This document shows positions 1 to 11,686 of a stretch of DNA of 64,000 nt, piece after piece; position 1 is the stretch's first letter; every line of letters starts with the position of its first letter. The stretch comes from an uncultured Nitrososphaeraceae archaeon. Its GTDB lineage: Archaea > Thermoproteota > Nitrososphaeria > Nitrososphaerales > Nitrososphaeraceae. The stretch is from assembly GCA_963765895.1 (NCBI GenBank), contig CAVXZB010000084.1:64001-128000 (forward strand). The letters run 5' to 3'. The position numbers and the translations under genes are program-made. Below the pieces are notes generated by a model. It was not told the origin of the DNA. It did not search any database and was given only the letters and a program-made list of their open reading frames with translations.

Positions 1-202
1 TATAGCTTTGTCTATAGTTGGATCTGTCACCGTATTCAGTTTATGTATGGTCAGACATATGAGGAGTAGTAGTCAGAAGAAGATGATACCCACTATAGAT
101 GCCTATAGGGATGAGAAGCAAAATCATTACACTAACACACGTTCTTTTGGCAAATCTAATTAAAGCGATAGATGAAACCTCTGATAAAATATTTTTTTGT
201 TT

Positions 203-373
203 CTCTCGACTTTGATTAGCCACTCTTCTTCTGGCTCTTGGTTGCTAGGTAGAATCAAGGGTGTTAACACACTTCACTTCCCTTATCAGTTCCTTCTTTT
301 AAAATGATTCAAGATATATTTGGTATGCTCCTTTCAGAATCAAGTAGAATGACCCAGCTGCATTTCGTCGGCT
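203..373. repeat. ~170-bp direct repeat, copy 1 (copy 2 at 5772-5943)
   Basis: ctctcgactttgattagccactcttc...cagctgcatttcgtcggct is almost identical to 5772-5943 over the first ~140 bp, then more diverged. Confidence 0.93.
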
Positions 374-776
374 TCCTGACAAATAGTGAATAGTATACGC
401 TCAGAATACTGATATTTATTGAAGTCATACCAAGCAAGCGAGAACAATATAACTAGAAGGCCTATATGCAGCTAGATCTAAGATTGCTAAATAATCTATG
501 GCGTATGTATATTTGTTCGCCGGCAATTTGTGCTATCTTTTACTTACCAGTTTGCCAGTGATCTCTTACACCATCATAATCTTTATTTGGAAATGGAGCC
601 AACACCAGCGATACCAAGAACTTACTAGCAGCCGGAAAGATTGAATATGCCAATATTCCCTAGACCATGTTATAATAATTCATCACTTTAAAAACTAAAA
701 TCTGTTACTTATAAAGTGATAAATCACTACTGTTTGCATCGTCCTTCGCACACATAAACTATCGTATAATATCATA

Positions 777-1340
777 GGCTCTGTTCACTTAAGCGGTTTT
801 AGCTCCTTGTTATGATAATCAATAAATAAATTCATCCAATTTTTTACATGTTCTAGTTTGCAATTCGAGGAAAATAGTCATCAAAACATTCTGTTCTATC
901 CTTTACATACTGTATTGTCCTTTCAATCAGACTTTTCTCTCATGAGGAATGAATATGGTGTCTTAGCTTTAGGTATCTACAGGCTTGTGGATACCATGTA
1001 CCTCCATCTGTGGAAACTGGATGTTTTCCATGAACCTTCGCTAAATCTGAAATAAACCTCTCTGCAATGAGCATGTTTCTTTCCTTTGATATAGATAGTG
1101 TTAGAATATTCCTGTTTTCTGGCTCAATAGCAACCCAGAGCCAGACATATTCTGAACCAACTTTAAGCAATGTTTCATCAACTATGTATTCTGATATCCT
1201 TTTGCTTTTTGATGATATCTTTATGGGATGATACTTTTGTATCCAATTCCATATTGTTACATGGTTTCGTTTGATGTAATAAGACAATCGTTGAGCCGTT
1301 CTTCTAAGCGATAAGCCTGAAAAATACAAATACATACCAC
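777..1340 (-). mobile_element. IS6-family transposase relic, 5'-truncated and frameshifted
   Basis: ORF 940-1335 has LSLR-HTH, VDET and STDGGTWYPQAC motifs. Another frame continues as EKSLIERTIQYVKDRTECFDDYFP. A GGCTCTGTT terminal-IR-like end lies at 777. Confidence 0.88.
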
Positions 1341-1364
1341 AACATAAGGCGAGTCGGAAAGGAC

Positions 1365-2141
1365 ATGGAGCATGATAGGCTACTAAAGGAAATTAGAATC
1401 ATTGATAAGTGGTGCAATTATGGAGCTAATAATGGATTATTTTATAAAAAGCTTAATCGTAATTATAATGATAAATTAGATAGAGCAGACGAGAATGGTA
1501 GCATTGATAAGAAACAGAGCGATCCGGAGGTAGACAGAGAAAAACTCTATGAATAGATTCACGAAGAGTTGAGACAAGCACAAGATACCCTTAATGATGG
1601 CAAGTATTCGGATAGTATGGTGTGCGTAGCCAGGGCACGGATATCATATCTGAAAGTATTGTTTTCTAAATCTTGGAAGTGGCGCTTTGTCAATATGTAT
1701 GCTGGCCCAATATGGATCTACCTTACTAGTTTTCTAGTTTCGGTCTTAGCATTTTACATTTATTCCTTTGATAACATTATCAGTAAAACTGGAATCGAGC
1801 ATGCCGCAATAAATGCAGTCACATGGGGTTGTGTTGGAGGGATATTAAGGGGATTATGGTATCTAAAAGATAAGGTTAGTGAAAGAGAATACAAGAATTC
1901 CTGGTGGACCTTTTTTGTATCTGTTCTCTTTCTTGGAGGTATATTCGGTGCTATAGTGTATCTTATTATAATTGCCGGTATATGGAGTTTAGGCGTAGGA
2001 AGTACCTCTCAGGGACCACCTGATATAAATAGACCAGCAGTAATTATTCCAATTACAGCTTTAGCTGGATTTAATTGGGAATGGGCAGTTAAACTATTTA
2101 GACGAATTGGTGATCTTATTACATCTGAACAAACGAAATGA
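1365..2141 (+). pseudogene. Multi-pass membrane protein interrupted by an in-frame TAG (1554-1556); N-terminus probably cut at the IS6 junction
   Basis: ORFs 1365-1556 and 1569-2141 are in the same frame (LYE*IHEELRQAQ); about 4 hydrophobic segments in the C-terminal half. Confidence 0.65.
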
Positions 2142-2646
2142 TGTGGTATCAATCTCTAACTCTAAACTGTGTCACTGTAAAAACTCTAATGTAGCGCAGC
2201 AAAAAAGAGACTTTGATGCTTCAGAAGCGATGCCTAATTCATGATGCATTTGAATGACTATATCTACTTAGTTAGGACGGCTGTGCACGCTCTTATGACT
2301 AATTATACAAATGAAGCTGCATCATCAAAAGCCTATGTATATCAATTCACAATCTAACATCTGAAATACTGCTTTAAAAATATGTTTAATCTGATATGCT
2401 CCATACTGTATCATAGAATAACTCTTTCCGGGATGACTTACCGAATGATATGAGTTCGATATTGTTCCTTAGTTGTTCCTTAGAATTAATAAAGCAATTT
2501 TGCTCCCATAATTCAAAGCAATCTGAGTTTTAACTGCGATAAAATTCAACTGCATATGCATGCTTAAACTTGATATCTCGATAAATCTAGTTTTGAAAAT
2601 GAACAAGTCTATCACCTTTAGTGGGTCCCAAAGCTGCTCAGAATAG

Positions 2647-3025
2647 GTGGAGATACACCATCATACTGTATTCAAATATCTCCACCTATGATGGACTGAA
2701 TTTGAGCACGAATTTGTTCCTGGTTGAGGTAGTGGAGATAGTGGAGATATTTTCATATTTTCTTAGTGTCAGGCTAGATATGGGTAGATTTTTAAATTAA
2801 CTTTACATTAATAAAATACGAAAAAATAATAGGGGAAGTTTAGTTTAGTTTAGTTATCTTAGACAGGCGTAACGTGATATCCTGTGTCCTTGCCTAAGCC
2901 AAACCGTTGAATTTTGAATAATATTTTTTCTTCATTTAGGTATGCATCAATATCTTCAAAAGTTCGCTTTCCTACTTCTAGATACTTTTTTTGATTGGTA
3001 CCGTTGATAGAATCTATAACTGTAT
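2647..3025. repeat. Diverged ~380-bp module, copy 1 (copy 2 at 11687-12055)
   Basis: Shared gtggagatac...tgagcacga...gtagtggagatagtgg...agatttttaaattaacttt...gtaacgtg...gcctaagccaaacc blocks in the same order. Confidence 0.85.
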
Positions 3026-3077
3026 TACACGGTACACTATCTTTCAGTCTAATTTCTTTTATTTGTTTAATTTTCAC
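2859..3077 (-). pseudogene. C-terminal fragment of a mobile-element protein (possible gp32-like ssDNA-binding protein), paralog of 11892-12083
   Basis: KYLEVGKRTFEDIDAYL...KIQRFGLGKDTGYHVTPV aligns by eye with KYLDASKQTSEEIDAYL...RIQRFGLGMDIRYHVTPI. Confidence 0.55.
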
Positions 3078-3514
3078 TGAAGTAATGCTAGAATTGAGGG
3101 TTCAGCGAGGTTTGGAACACGCCCTTAACGAACACATAAAGTTAAGAAGATGTCCAATACATCATTCTAGTGTGCTGGCATAGGGGTAACATAACTATTG
3201 TATTTTTTCAGTGGCAACGATGTTGTTGGCGGTGATGGTGGGATAATTGTGAGGTTACAGATGGATCTTCTTTAGAATAGGCTTCAATCCCTTATTAGAT
3301 GGCATTGCGTAGAGGTTGGGTTAATTCAACAGTCAGAATTTCTTGATTTACTCGCTAGCTAGTTCTCCAATACTTATAATGTCCGTCTATTATGATTGTA
3401 ATTAGTTTAACAAGACCCGAACACGCAATTAGTGAAAGCTGGAATTATCATTCAATACAACTACTACACAGATGTTATCTTTTAAATAGAAGTAATAGAA
3501 TCTGAAAAAGTACC

Positions 3515-4462
3515 TTGAAAGTAGGTATCACACTACCACAAGCTGGCCAGCAGGCTACAAGAGAAAATATAATACATATGGCACAGAATGCTGAAAGTGA
3601 AGACTTTGATTCATTATGGGTCTTTGAAAGACTTCTTTGGCCTATAAATCCACAAACACCATATCCTGCCACACCAGACGGAAGCCTTCCTAATGAATAT
3701 CAAATAATACTAGATCCATTAGAGACACTCACCTATGTAGCTGCAAAAACAAACAAAATCGCATTAGGAACGTCTGTAATGGATATACTCTTTCATAGTC
3801 CTGTTATCTTGGCAAGAAGATTTGCTACACTTGATCTCTTATCAGAAGGAAGAGCTATAGCCGGACTTGGTATTGGATGGTCAAAGGATGAATACCAAGC
3901 ATCTAATATGCCATTTAAAGACAAAGGTGAGAGAGCCAATGAGTTTCTTCAAGTACTAAAAAGAATATGGACAGATGATGTCGTTGAGTTTAAAGGCAAA
4001 TATTACAATATGCCTGCATCAAAAATAGGACCTAAACCTGTCCAAAAGCCACATCCTCCAATTTATATGGGAGGATTTAGTCCAAACACATACTCTAGAA
4101 TTGTAAATTACGACACAAATGGCTGGCTGGGTCTTATTGGCGGACCTCTTGAATACCTTGATAATACTATAAAGACTATACAGAATATAGCAAATAAAGC
4201 AAACAAGGATCCAAATAGGTTTAGAGTAATTCTTCTAACATATCCTAACGTAGACATTAATTCAAAAAACCAATCAGGGACAACAAGTCAAGGCCAAAGA
4301 TTCCCATTAACTGGAACAATTGATCAGGTAGGAAGTGATATTGAGAGAATAAAACAGATTGGAGTGGATCATATCGTATTTGGATATAACTTTATTCCTA
4401 CAGGAAGAGATCTTGACAATATGTTAGATATAACAAAACAGCTTGCCAGGCTTGCTAGATAA
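3515..4462 (+). CDS. LLM-class (luciferase-like) F420-dependent oxidoreductase
   Basis: 315 aa; MKVGITLPQ start, FDSLWVFERLL, LDPLETLTYVAA, GLGIGWSKDEY, PKPVQKPHPPIYMGG. Confidence 0.92.
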   Translation: MKVGITLPQAGQQATRENIIHMAQNAESEDFDSLWVFERLLWPINPQTPYPATPDGSLPNEYQIILDPLETLTYVAAKTNKIALGTSVMDILFHSPVILARRFATLDLLSEGRAIAGLGIGWSKDEYQASNMPFKDKGERANEFLQVLKRIWTDDVVEFKGKYYNMPASKIGPKPVQKPHPPIYMGGFSPNTYSRIVNYDTNGWLGLIGGPLEYLDNTIKTIQNIANKANKDPNRFRVILLTYPNVDINSKNQSGTTSQGQRFPLTGTIDQVGSDIERIKQIGVDHIVFGYNFIPTGRDLDNMLDITKQLARLAR

Positions 4463-4491
4463 TAAACATATGGATATGTATTGGATATTAA

Positions 4492-4956
4492 TTAGCCATT
4501 TACTTTATCGTTCTTCCAAGCTATCACTTTTCGTGGCATAATCATTATAACATGTTCCCCAACACCGATTTTCTTATACTGAGGATATTTATTGCGCAAT
4601 GATTTGTGAGCTTTTTTTAAAAATGACCTTTCATTTTGATCTAATTTTTTTTTACCTCCTATTATAGAAGCTTTTCCTTGAATCATAATGAAATAAAGTT
4701 TTGTCCAGTCCTCATTGTATTCATCTATCAATAATGCAACATTTGGATTTTCTTTTATGTTCTTTACTCTTTTTAGATTTTCAGGTCTGGATCGCTTAGT
4801 CTTCTCATCTATTGGTATAAAGTAAAAATCATGATCATTATCATATACAAATACAACTGGTACCAGATGTGGTTTGCATTCTAGATCGACCGTTGCTAGC
4901 CTAGCTACTCTAGCTGTATTGATTATAGTTTTAGGATATGTATCATCAGTCATCAA
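4492..4956 (-). CDS. PPOX-class (pyridoxamine 5'-phosphate oxidase-like) F420-dependent oxidoreductase, Rv0121-like
   Basis: ARVARLATV...PHLVPVVF...IDEK.K...LKRVKNIKENPNVALLIDEYNEDWTKL...KYPQY. Confidence 0.88.
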   Translation of the reverse strand: MMTDDTYPKTIINTARVARLATVDLECKPHLVPVVFVYDNDHDFYFIPIDEKTKRSRPENLKRVKNIKENPNVALLIDEYNEDWTKLYFIMIQGKASIIGGKKKLDQNERSFLKKAHKSLRNKYPQYKKIGVGEHVIMIMPRKVIAWKNDKVNG

Positions 4957-5576
4957 TCTTGTTTGTTTACATCTCTATATGCAGTATGGCCACTATTTAA
5001 AAAAACATGTCAAATTTGCCTTATGTACTCCATAATACCAATGTTTCGTGTCGGGTAATCACGCTTTGTTCTAGTGAAAAGAGATCGTTTCAACAGTTCA
5101 AAAAAGTAGGGTTTGTAAGACTCACTAGAATCAAACAGGCTCGCTAGCCATCTAGTCAATGAATCCCTACCAGTAGATGCAGATGATGGTGTTGATGCCG
5201 TTATTGATGTTGCGTTTGAAGTTGTGGGTTTTGGTTTTGGTGCTACCTGTAGGGACATTATATGACCGTCAAAGTCGTAAATGAGGCCACTATAGTCAGG
5301 TGTAGTAAGTATGCCCTGTGACACAGGAGAGAAGCAGGAGGATTCTGCAAGTGTCTTACCTGTGGCTGCCCAGAAATTGAACCACCAGTACAACCATTGT
5401 CTTTGCTATTGCAACTTTCACATTCGGATACTTTGGCTATCAATTTTTTTGTAATTTTTATTAATTACCGTGATCAAGTCTCGAGGCATCGCCTAAATCT
5501 GAAAGTGTGTTATCCGCTTGACAAAAATTACAAGATAGTAATTGTTTTAATAATTTGTAGTAAATGATATAAAGAC

Positions 5577-5690
5577 ATGTATGAAGAACATGCAATAAAG
5601 TGTTCATCATGTGGCAAATTGTTTACATCAAAGGAAAATGAGACTGTTTGTAATGAGTGTTACAAAGAGCTTGAGAATATAAAATTGTGA
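5577..5690 (+). CDS. 37-aa CxxC...CxxC zinc-ribbon microprotein (below the ORF-track cutoff)
   Basis: Translated by hand: MYEEHAIKCSSCGKLFTSKENETVCNECYKELENIKL*. Confidence 0.7.
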   Translation: MYEEHAIKCSSCGKLFTSKENETVCNECYKELENIKL

Positions 5691-5771
5691 ATCTAATTAT
5701 ACAAGCATAACAACATATTATGAGTCTCACTCGCCTTATGATGATCGGTCTTAATCCCAAGAATAACATGG

Positions 5772-5943
5772 CTCTCGACTTTGATTAGCCACTCTTCTTC
5801 TGGCTCTTGGTTGCTAGGTAGAATCAAGGGTGTTAACACACTTCACTTCCCCTTATCAGTTCCTTCTTTTAAAATGATTCAAGATATATTTGGTATGCTT
5901 CTTTCAGAATCACGTAGGACCATTTAGCTGCATTTCGCCGGCT
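5772..5943. repeat. ~170-bp direct repeat, copy 2
   Basis: Matches 203-373. Confidence 0.93.
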
Positions 5944-6350
5944 CTACTTCTTATAATCCATGTTGGCTCTTATGCAATCACTGATATGTAGATAGGTAGT
6001 AATATACATACTTTGTATTGGTTTAGGCATAGAAGGTATATTATCTTGTTCTGCTACGGTTACCGTTTATCAGTTCGCTGGTTCACTTGGAATGATATTT
6101 CTTTGGTCTACTCGCCAGCTAAATTTCTGGATTTCGGTAGATTTAGAGTCATAGAATCAAAAATGTTAGTCTAAACCATTGAGTTGAGCTGATTCGCTAA
6201 ATGACTATAAATCTAGTCTCGTCTTATCTGAATCACACAGAAAAGATTGCTATTGGAATCTACCAATACGACAAAGTCAGCACCTGCATATATCTCTGTG
6301 GGTAACGATTTGCCATAATTCTGACTAGTCGTTCACCATCTCCCTCTTGG

Positions 6351-6764
6351 TTGCTATGTACAAATCAAGATGTAAATGCATTCCATCTATCAAAGTTTTT
6401 CTTTAAACGTGGTTCAAATAAATATTTGATAATACATAATGCTTTTAACTTTAACAAGGCCATCATAGATATACACTTGAATAATTTGAATAAACAACTA
6501 ATTGATGAGCTGGCGAATCTATTAAATGACACTGCAGAAGCTCACCATAAGGCTTTTGCTGCTACACACGGCGAGGATCCAGATTGGCCGATTTGGTATG
6601 CAGATTACCTCCTAGACAAAATGCGGCAAATGCTGAATGCCAAGTTCACAAAGAGTGAATTTATCTATCTGTTAGTTTTGGCAGAAAAAGAAAATGCATC
6701 TATTGCTCCTGGTGCGTATTGGCCTAGATTTTATGCGAATTTTATCATAAATCGATATGTATAA
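6351..6764 (+). CDS. Hypothetical protein with two WPxxYA motifs; true start probably TTG near 6477
   Basis: AEAHHKAF...EDPDWPIWYADYL ... AYWPRFYANF; protein-like composition only from ~6477. Confidence 0.65.
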   Translation: MLCTNQDVNAFHLSKFFFKRGSNKYLIIHNAFNFNKAIIDIHLNNLNKQLIDELANLLNDTAEAHHKAFAATHGEDPDWPIWYADYLLDKMRQMLNAKFTKSEFIYLLVLAEKENASIAPGAYWPRFYANFIINRYV

Positions 6765-7154
6765 AGAGATAGATACACATCATTTGCCCCGCGTATATAT
6801 TGACAGATTACGTATATCCATTTTGGCATACTGTATAAAAATTGATTCCAAATGTGAGATGAGGAAAATATGAAACGAAATGCTATTATGTCTTTTCTGA
6901 GGGGAAAAGTAAGAACTAAGAGAAGGGGAACTAAGACAAGACAAAGAGATTTGGTTCTGCTAAATCATTTAAACTGTAAGGAGTCTAATGCTTTTGATTT
7001 ATTATCAAAATTGCATTGTATATTATATCGGCGTTTGGTTAGTTAAGGATTTATCGAATTAGAGATTTGTTAAGAAAAAATGAAATAACAAAATCTATCT
7101 ATCTGCACCATAACTATTAAAAGTTCTTTTATATAATTATTATCTCAACCAATT

Positions 7155-7820
7155 ATGAACAAAAAGATCCTACTAGTTATCAGTATAGTAATAGCTGCAA
7201 TAGTGATTTCGTTTGGTATATATACTATTTCTCCATTATTTACAAGCAACACGGTAAATGAACCGTTACCAACTACTGTGGCTAGTATAAATAAAAATAC
7301 AGCGTTACACGACTATCAAAAATTTGTTTCGATGAATGATCAAGATAGAAGTAATGTTGCTAAGCAGATGAGTCAAAGGGAGAAAAATATGGTTATGATT
7401 GGAGCTGGTCAAATAAATAATACTATTAATGAAAGCGCTATTACCCTAGATACTATAAAACAAAGGCAACAACAACGAAGCAATGCGATTACAGCACGCA
7501 GCATGATGAAAGGTTCTTTCGTTGGAGCAGGTGATGGATTTCATGACGCAGAGGGATTGGCAAAAGTAATTTCATTAGAAGGTGGACATACTATCCTCAG
7601 GCTAGAGAACTTCAAATCTACAAATGGACCTAATGTTCATCTTTACCTCGCTACTGACAAAGCTGCCTCTAATTTCATAGATCTCGGAAGGCTGAAAGCA
7701 AATAACGGAAACCAAAATTATAATATACCTAATGGAACAGACCTGGCAAAATATAATATGGGTCTGATATGGTGTAAGGATTTTTCTGTACTGTTTGGAA
7801 GTGCACAGCTAAAGACATGA
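7155..7820 (+). CDS. Membrane-anchored DM13-domain protein
   Basis: N-terminal TM; C-terminal GSFVGAGDGFHDAEG...LRLENFKSTNGPNVHLYLA...DLGRLKANNGNQNY.IP...IWCKDFSVLFG. Confidence 0.9.
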   Translation: MNKKILLVISIVIAAIVISFGIYTISPLFTSNTVNEPLPTTVASINKNTALHDYQKFVSMNDQDRSNVAKQMSQREKNMVMIGAGQINNTINESAITLDTIKQRQQQRSNAITARSMMKGSFVGAGDGFHDAEGLAKVISLEGGHTILRLENFKSTNGPNVHLYLATDKAASNFIDLGRLKANNGNQNYNIPNGTDLAKYNMGLIWCKDFSVLFGSAQLKT

Positions 7821-7900
7821 GAAAACCATTCTTCAAAATTTAGTTATAATAATAATCAGATGTTTATGTTTAAGTACAAACGCAATATGATTAATTTATA

Positions 7901-8394
7901 ATGGGTAAACACGTTCCAGTGTATGGACTCTTTGAGACACACCTAACCGTAAGTAATCTGCAGCGATCTATTGCATTCTATAGAGATGTCATAGGCCTTC
8001 AACTAGCATTTGAGGTACCTGAGCACAATGCCGCATTCTTCTGGGTAGGTGATCATTCCTGTTCTTGTAGACACTCTATGCTGGGATTATGGTCAGTTGG
8101 TACTATACCACTAGGTCTTAATCTGCACGTTGCATTTGAAGTGGCAGCAATTAAAGACCTTTTAAATGCACCAAAACGACTTAAAGACCAGGGGATCGTA
8201 CCGCTATCTTTCTTTGCTAAAGAGACAATGGAACCTAGTGTAATCGGATGGATGCCTGCAGTGCAATTTACTTCCGAGACCCTGATGATCATCTCATGGA
8301 GTATCTGACAATGCTAGATGAAAAGGAGCGGAGGCCGGACCTAGGAATTGTTACTTGGTCTGAATGGATTGCCAACAATAGACAAATCATATAG
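7901..8394 (+). CDS. VOC/glyoxalase-family protein, frameshift near 8260
   Basis: GLFETHLTVSNLQRSIAFY...LHVAF...EPSVIGWMPA, then in a shifted frame AIYFRDPDDHLMEYLTML...TWSEW to TAG at 8394. Confidence 0.82.
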
Positions 8395-8485
8395 ACATGC
8401 TCAAATCTAATGCCTAAAATTCGACTATAGGCTATGTGTTGTTTCTCTTGTAACACGAATGGTAACATTAATGAATTAGTGCTTG

Positions 8486-8509
8486 GTAGTAGTAGTAGTA
8501 GTAGTAGTA
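8486..8509. repeat. (GTA)8 microsatellite
   Basis: gtagtagtagtagtagtagtagta. Confidence 0.9.
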
Positions 8510-9795
8510 CTTAACCGTAACCCATTGTTATCCTGACTTATTAGTTTCTGCTTTTTTAAAGCAAAGCGATAGAACTTTGTCGTTATTGTTGTCAAAACTA
8601 TAACTTTTACTCTCGGGGCTATCCTTATAACTACTGCTATGGTTGCCATAGTCTCCTTTCAATCCTTCTACATATTTCTTTACCTTTTCGTCAAACGGAT
8701 GTAAGAGTGCGGGTAACGATGCAGAAGTTTATAAGAATAATAGCCAAATCTGTACCGACGCCAATATAATATGTGGACTTTATTTATTAAATGGATTCAA
8801 TTCAGAGTTCCGTTTAAAAACCACTCATTATTTAGCCATCAAAAACGATCGCTTCAGGTAGTCGCGAAATAGTACAAATCTACAGGTCGGCATCTGTCCG
8901 GAGTATATAAAGCAAAATCGCATATTTTTTGTGTATATAGTAAAAAGGGTTCTGGCGATTTCATGATGGAATTTATGAACTCCTTTTTAGTTTCTTTGCA
9001 CACCATGGACAGAACCGAAAGGGCTCCAACGACGCTATAGGCCTATCAAATTATGCATCACGCATATACCAACCGTCTTTTGTTATAGCGTTATGAATCC
9101 TCCTTAGCCCTTGTAATAGCAAATATCATTGTATTCCACGCTTTTTTTCGAAGTCTTTACAACAATATTCTCCAGCCATTATAGTCATTACGAATTATCT
9201 ATGACGTTTTTGCTGCCACTGCCATCGCTCTCGCTGTTATTGCTTTTCATTTTTTTAGTTTTGTTATGCGTATAGACAATAGTCCAGATAGTTGCTACAA
9301 AATACGGCAACATTATCAGTATTACTACTACAGGTGTAACTTCAGTTGGAACGACTACGACCATAATTTAATTATCAGTTAATTTACTGGACTCCTATTT
9401 GATAAAGATGTCATTTTTCTCGTTTACCTCATAACACTATATAGTCTGCGGTTTACCACGGCCTGCTTAGCCACAGGATGTATAACAACCTTTGTGCAGA
9501 TGGGTAGAAGTTGGTACAAAGGTAATACTGATCTTTAGCGATATTGCAAGTTTAATAAGAAATTTCTGGATGGATCTTCCAGACAAGTGATGCAGGGGAT
9601 CTCTCATAATGAATACAAATACAAGCCATATTTAACTAGATTACTTAGTGGTTACTAGCAACCGTAGTGTACCGCAGTTTGGCTAACCCAAATAGTCCTT
9701 GCCGGCAATGCATAAGGATAGCAGCAGTCAGCCTCCATTTCTATTAATAACTAGGGTCAAAGCAAGCGCAATTAGTTAATTTAACCAATAATTAG

Positions 9796-9921
9796 TCAGG
9801 CTACAGATTCATTACTTGTATCCCTATCAATAGTATCTACTTCGTCTTCCCTTTCTAATTTCTTAACCGTCTCTTTGCGATACTCCCCAGTTGGTCCATC
9901 TACAGGTTCATCTTGAGACAT
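9796..9921 (-). CDS. 41-aa acidic small protein
   Basis: Translated by hand: MSQDEPVDGPTGEYRKETVKKLEREDEVDTIDRDTSNESVA*. Confidence 0.45.
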   Translation of the reverse strand: MSQDEPVDGPTGEYRKETVKKLEREDEVDTIDRDTSNESVA

Positions 9922-10649
9922 TATTAGATAATAACAGGACTACATCAGATATAATAGAATACGTTGCTTCCACTAACTAAACATCCGTTCGATTTTGCAT
10001 ACTGACTGTCTTCTAGATCTCACAGAAGCATAAATAGAGATAAAAGAATAAACTCGGAATCAAATAAACTGTGGACTAAAGAGTAAAAGTATATAGTAAT
10101 TATACTATGAGTTTTATCGAAGAGGCATAAGTAGGAATAAAAAGAGTATAATTTAATGAGTAAGCATAACTATAACAAATAGCTCTCTTACGTAGACCTA
10201 GACTATCCGGACCAGGATTCTCGAGATTATGTTAGTTTATTTCGTTGGAAACTCCTTCAATATTTGATGACGAGTAGCATATATACAAAAACTGGTTGAG
10301 TTTATGAAAAGAATGGGGCTAACTAATAGCCATAACATTCTGCCGTGTGGGTAGAACTCCCTGTCTAAATAGATACTTGGACTTTTAGTAATCCAGCAAC
10401 TAATATAACTGAATTATCAGAATTAACAGGAGACTAGATAAAGGCGATGTTGCGGATGGATAGGGAGATGTTACGATATACACTGGACTCCAAAATTAAG
10501 ATATCGATTAATAGTACTAGAGATTATGTAAAGTAACATTAATGATCCAAAATCTCTCTCCAAATAATGCAGAGTATAGGATGCTCAAGACGTTGTCAAG
10601 GATTTTCGTTCTAGCCTAGAGCACAATTATCCAAATATTTTACAATCCC

Positions 10650-11234
10650 ATGAAGATTTGCCGTTTGTCAGTATTACTCTTGGTGTTACTTCCACTATTA
10701 TCGCTAGCTCATAGTATTTGGCCAATAGTACAAATCGCAGATGCTGAACTTATCAGTTTTGATAACCGCAGCATGAATATATTAGTTAAGTTTGATGATT
10801 TGTTTGGCCTTTTCAAAGGCAATACTTTAAACTTTCAAAATCCATTTGAACATCAGATAGAAATCGATGCGAAACAGATTTTTCCAAATGAAACTCTTAA
10901 GCGTGAAATAATTAGCAAGTCGTGACCCTCAGAATTCTCGATGCCTTATCTGAAGTATAATCTATTAGGCTTTAATATATCAGCAACAGATATTAGAGTA
11001 AAGGCAAATGCCACGCAAATAAGTGGCGGTGAAAGCGATCAAAGCAAAAAAACTAGAATTGACTTTCCAGTTATGTTAGCTAATAATGTAAATGTAAGTA
11101 ATAAGGCAACCAGTCAGAGTTATCACAATGTAGATTTATCATCAATCTATGCTATTTACGATCCAAAGACAGACAAGTTCACATTTCATGTTCCTTTTAG
11201 TATAGCAGCTAAATATTTGCTAAAAGGTTCGTAG
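10650..11234 (+). pseudogene. Secreted hypothetical protein split by an in-frame TGA (10923-10925)
   Basis: Signal-peptide-like N-terminus; ORFs 10650 and 10941 are in frame (IISKS*PSEFSMPYLK); several N-x-S/T sequons. Confidence 0.7.
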
Positions 11235-11416
11235 TAATAATAATATTAAATTGTAAGGATTAGTAGAGGTAACAGTCTAATGCATTCGGATACTCTGCTT
11301 ATAAGAGAACTATGCTGTAACTTTGCCGATAATACTTCCGAAATAGATGCATTGCGAAGTATAAATTCAAATGTGACTAGACGCTCGCCATAAGGAGTCA
11401 TGAGATGTAACTATTC

Positions 11417-11670
11417 TTACATGCTTAAGAGCAATCGTGTTTTCCTATGCTGAAAACCCTTCAGACAGTAGACTTTACTGTTTGAGACTAGCTAATTTTT
11501 CAGGCTCTTTGGTAATACTTTCTTTAGGCCCTTGCGATTGGGTTGCTGTATGATATGCTTGTATTTGTGCTGCCTCATGCTGGTTGGGCGGGGGTGAGCA
11601 GCCTGAGCTTGGCTTGGTTTAACTACGACTATCTGGCTTGGCCTCGTTGCATACGTTGAAATTGCTTTGT
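11417..11670 (-). pseudogene. Degenerate Q-rich SHOCT-domain gene
   Basis: KQFQRMQR...ESITKEPEKLASLKQ*SLLSE...; DNA similar to 14110-14386; domain matches the intact-looking copy at 57202. Confidence 0.65.
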
Positions 11671-11686
11671 AGATATTTGTTCCTCA

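Noticed and set aside
1554-10925. Pyrrolysine, selenocysteine or genetic-code change from the in-frame TAG/TGA
   Set aside because: Core genes here end normally in TAG and TGA, no pyl/sel genes are present, and the stops lie in a decaying island
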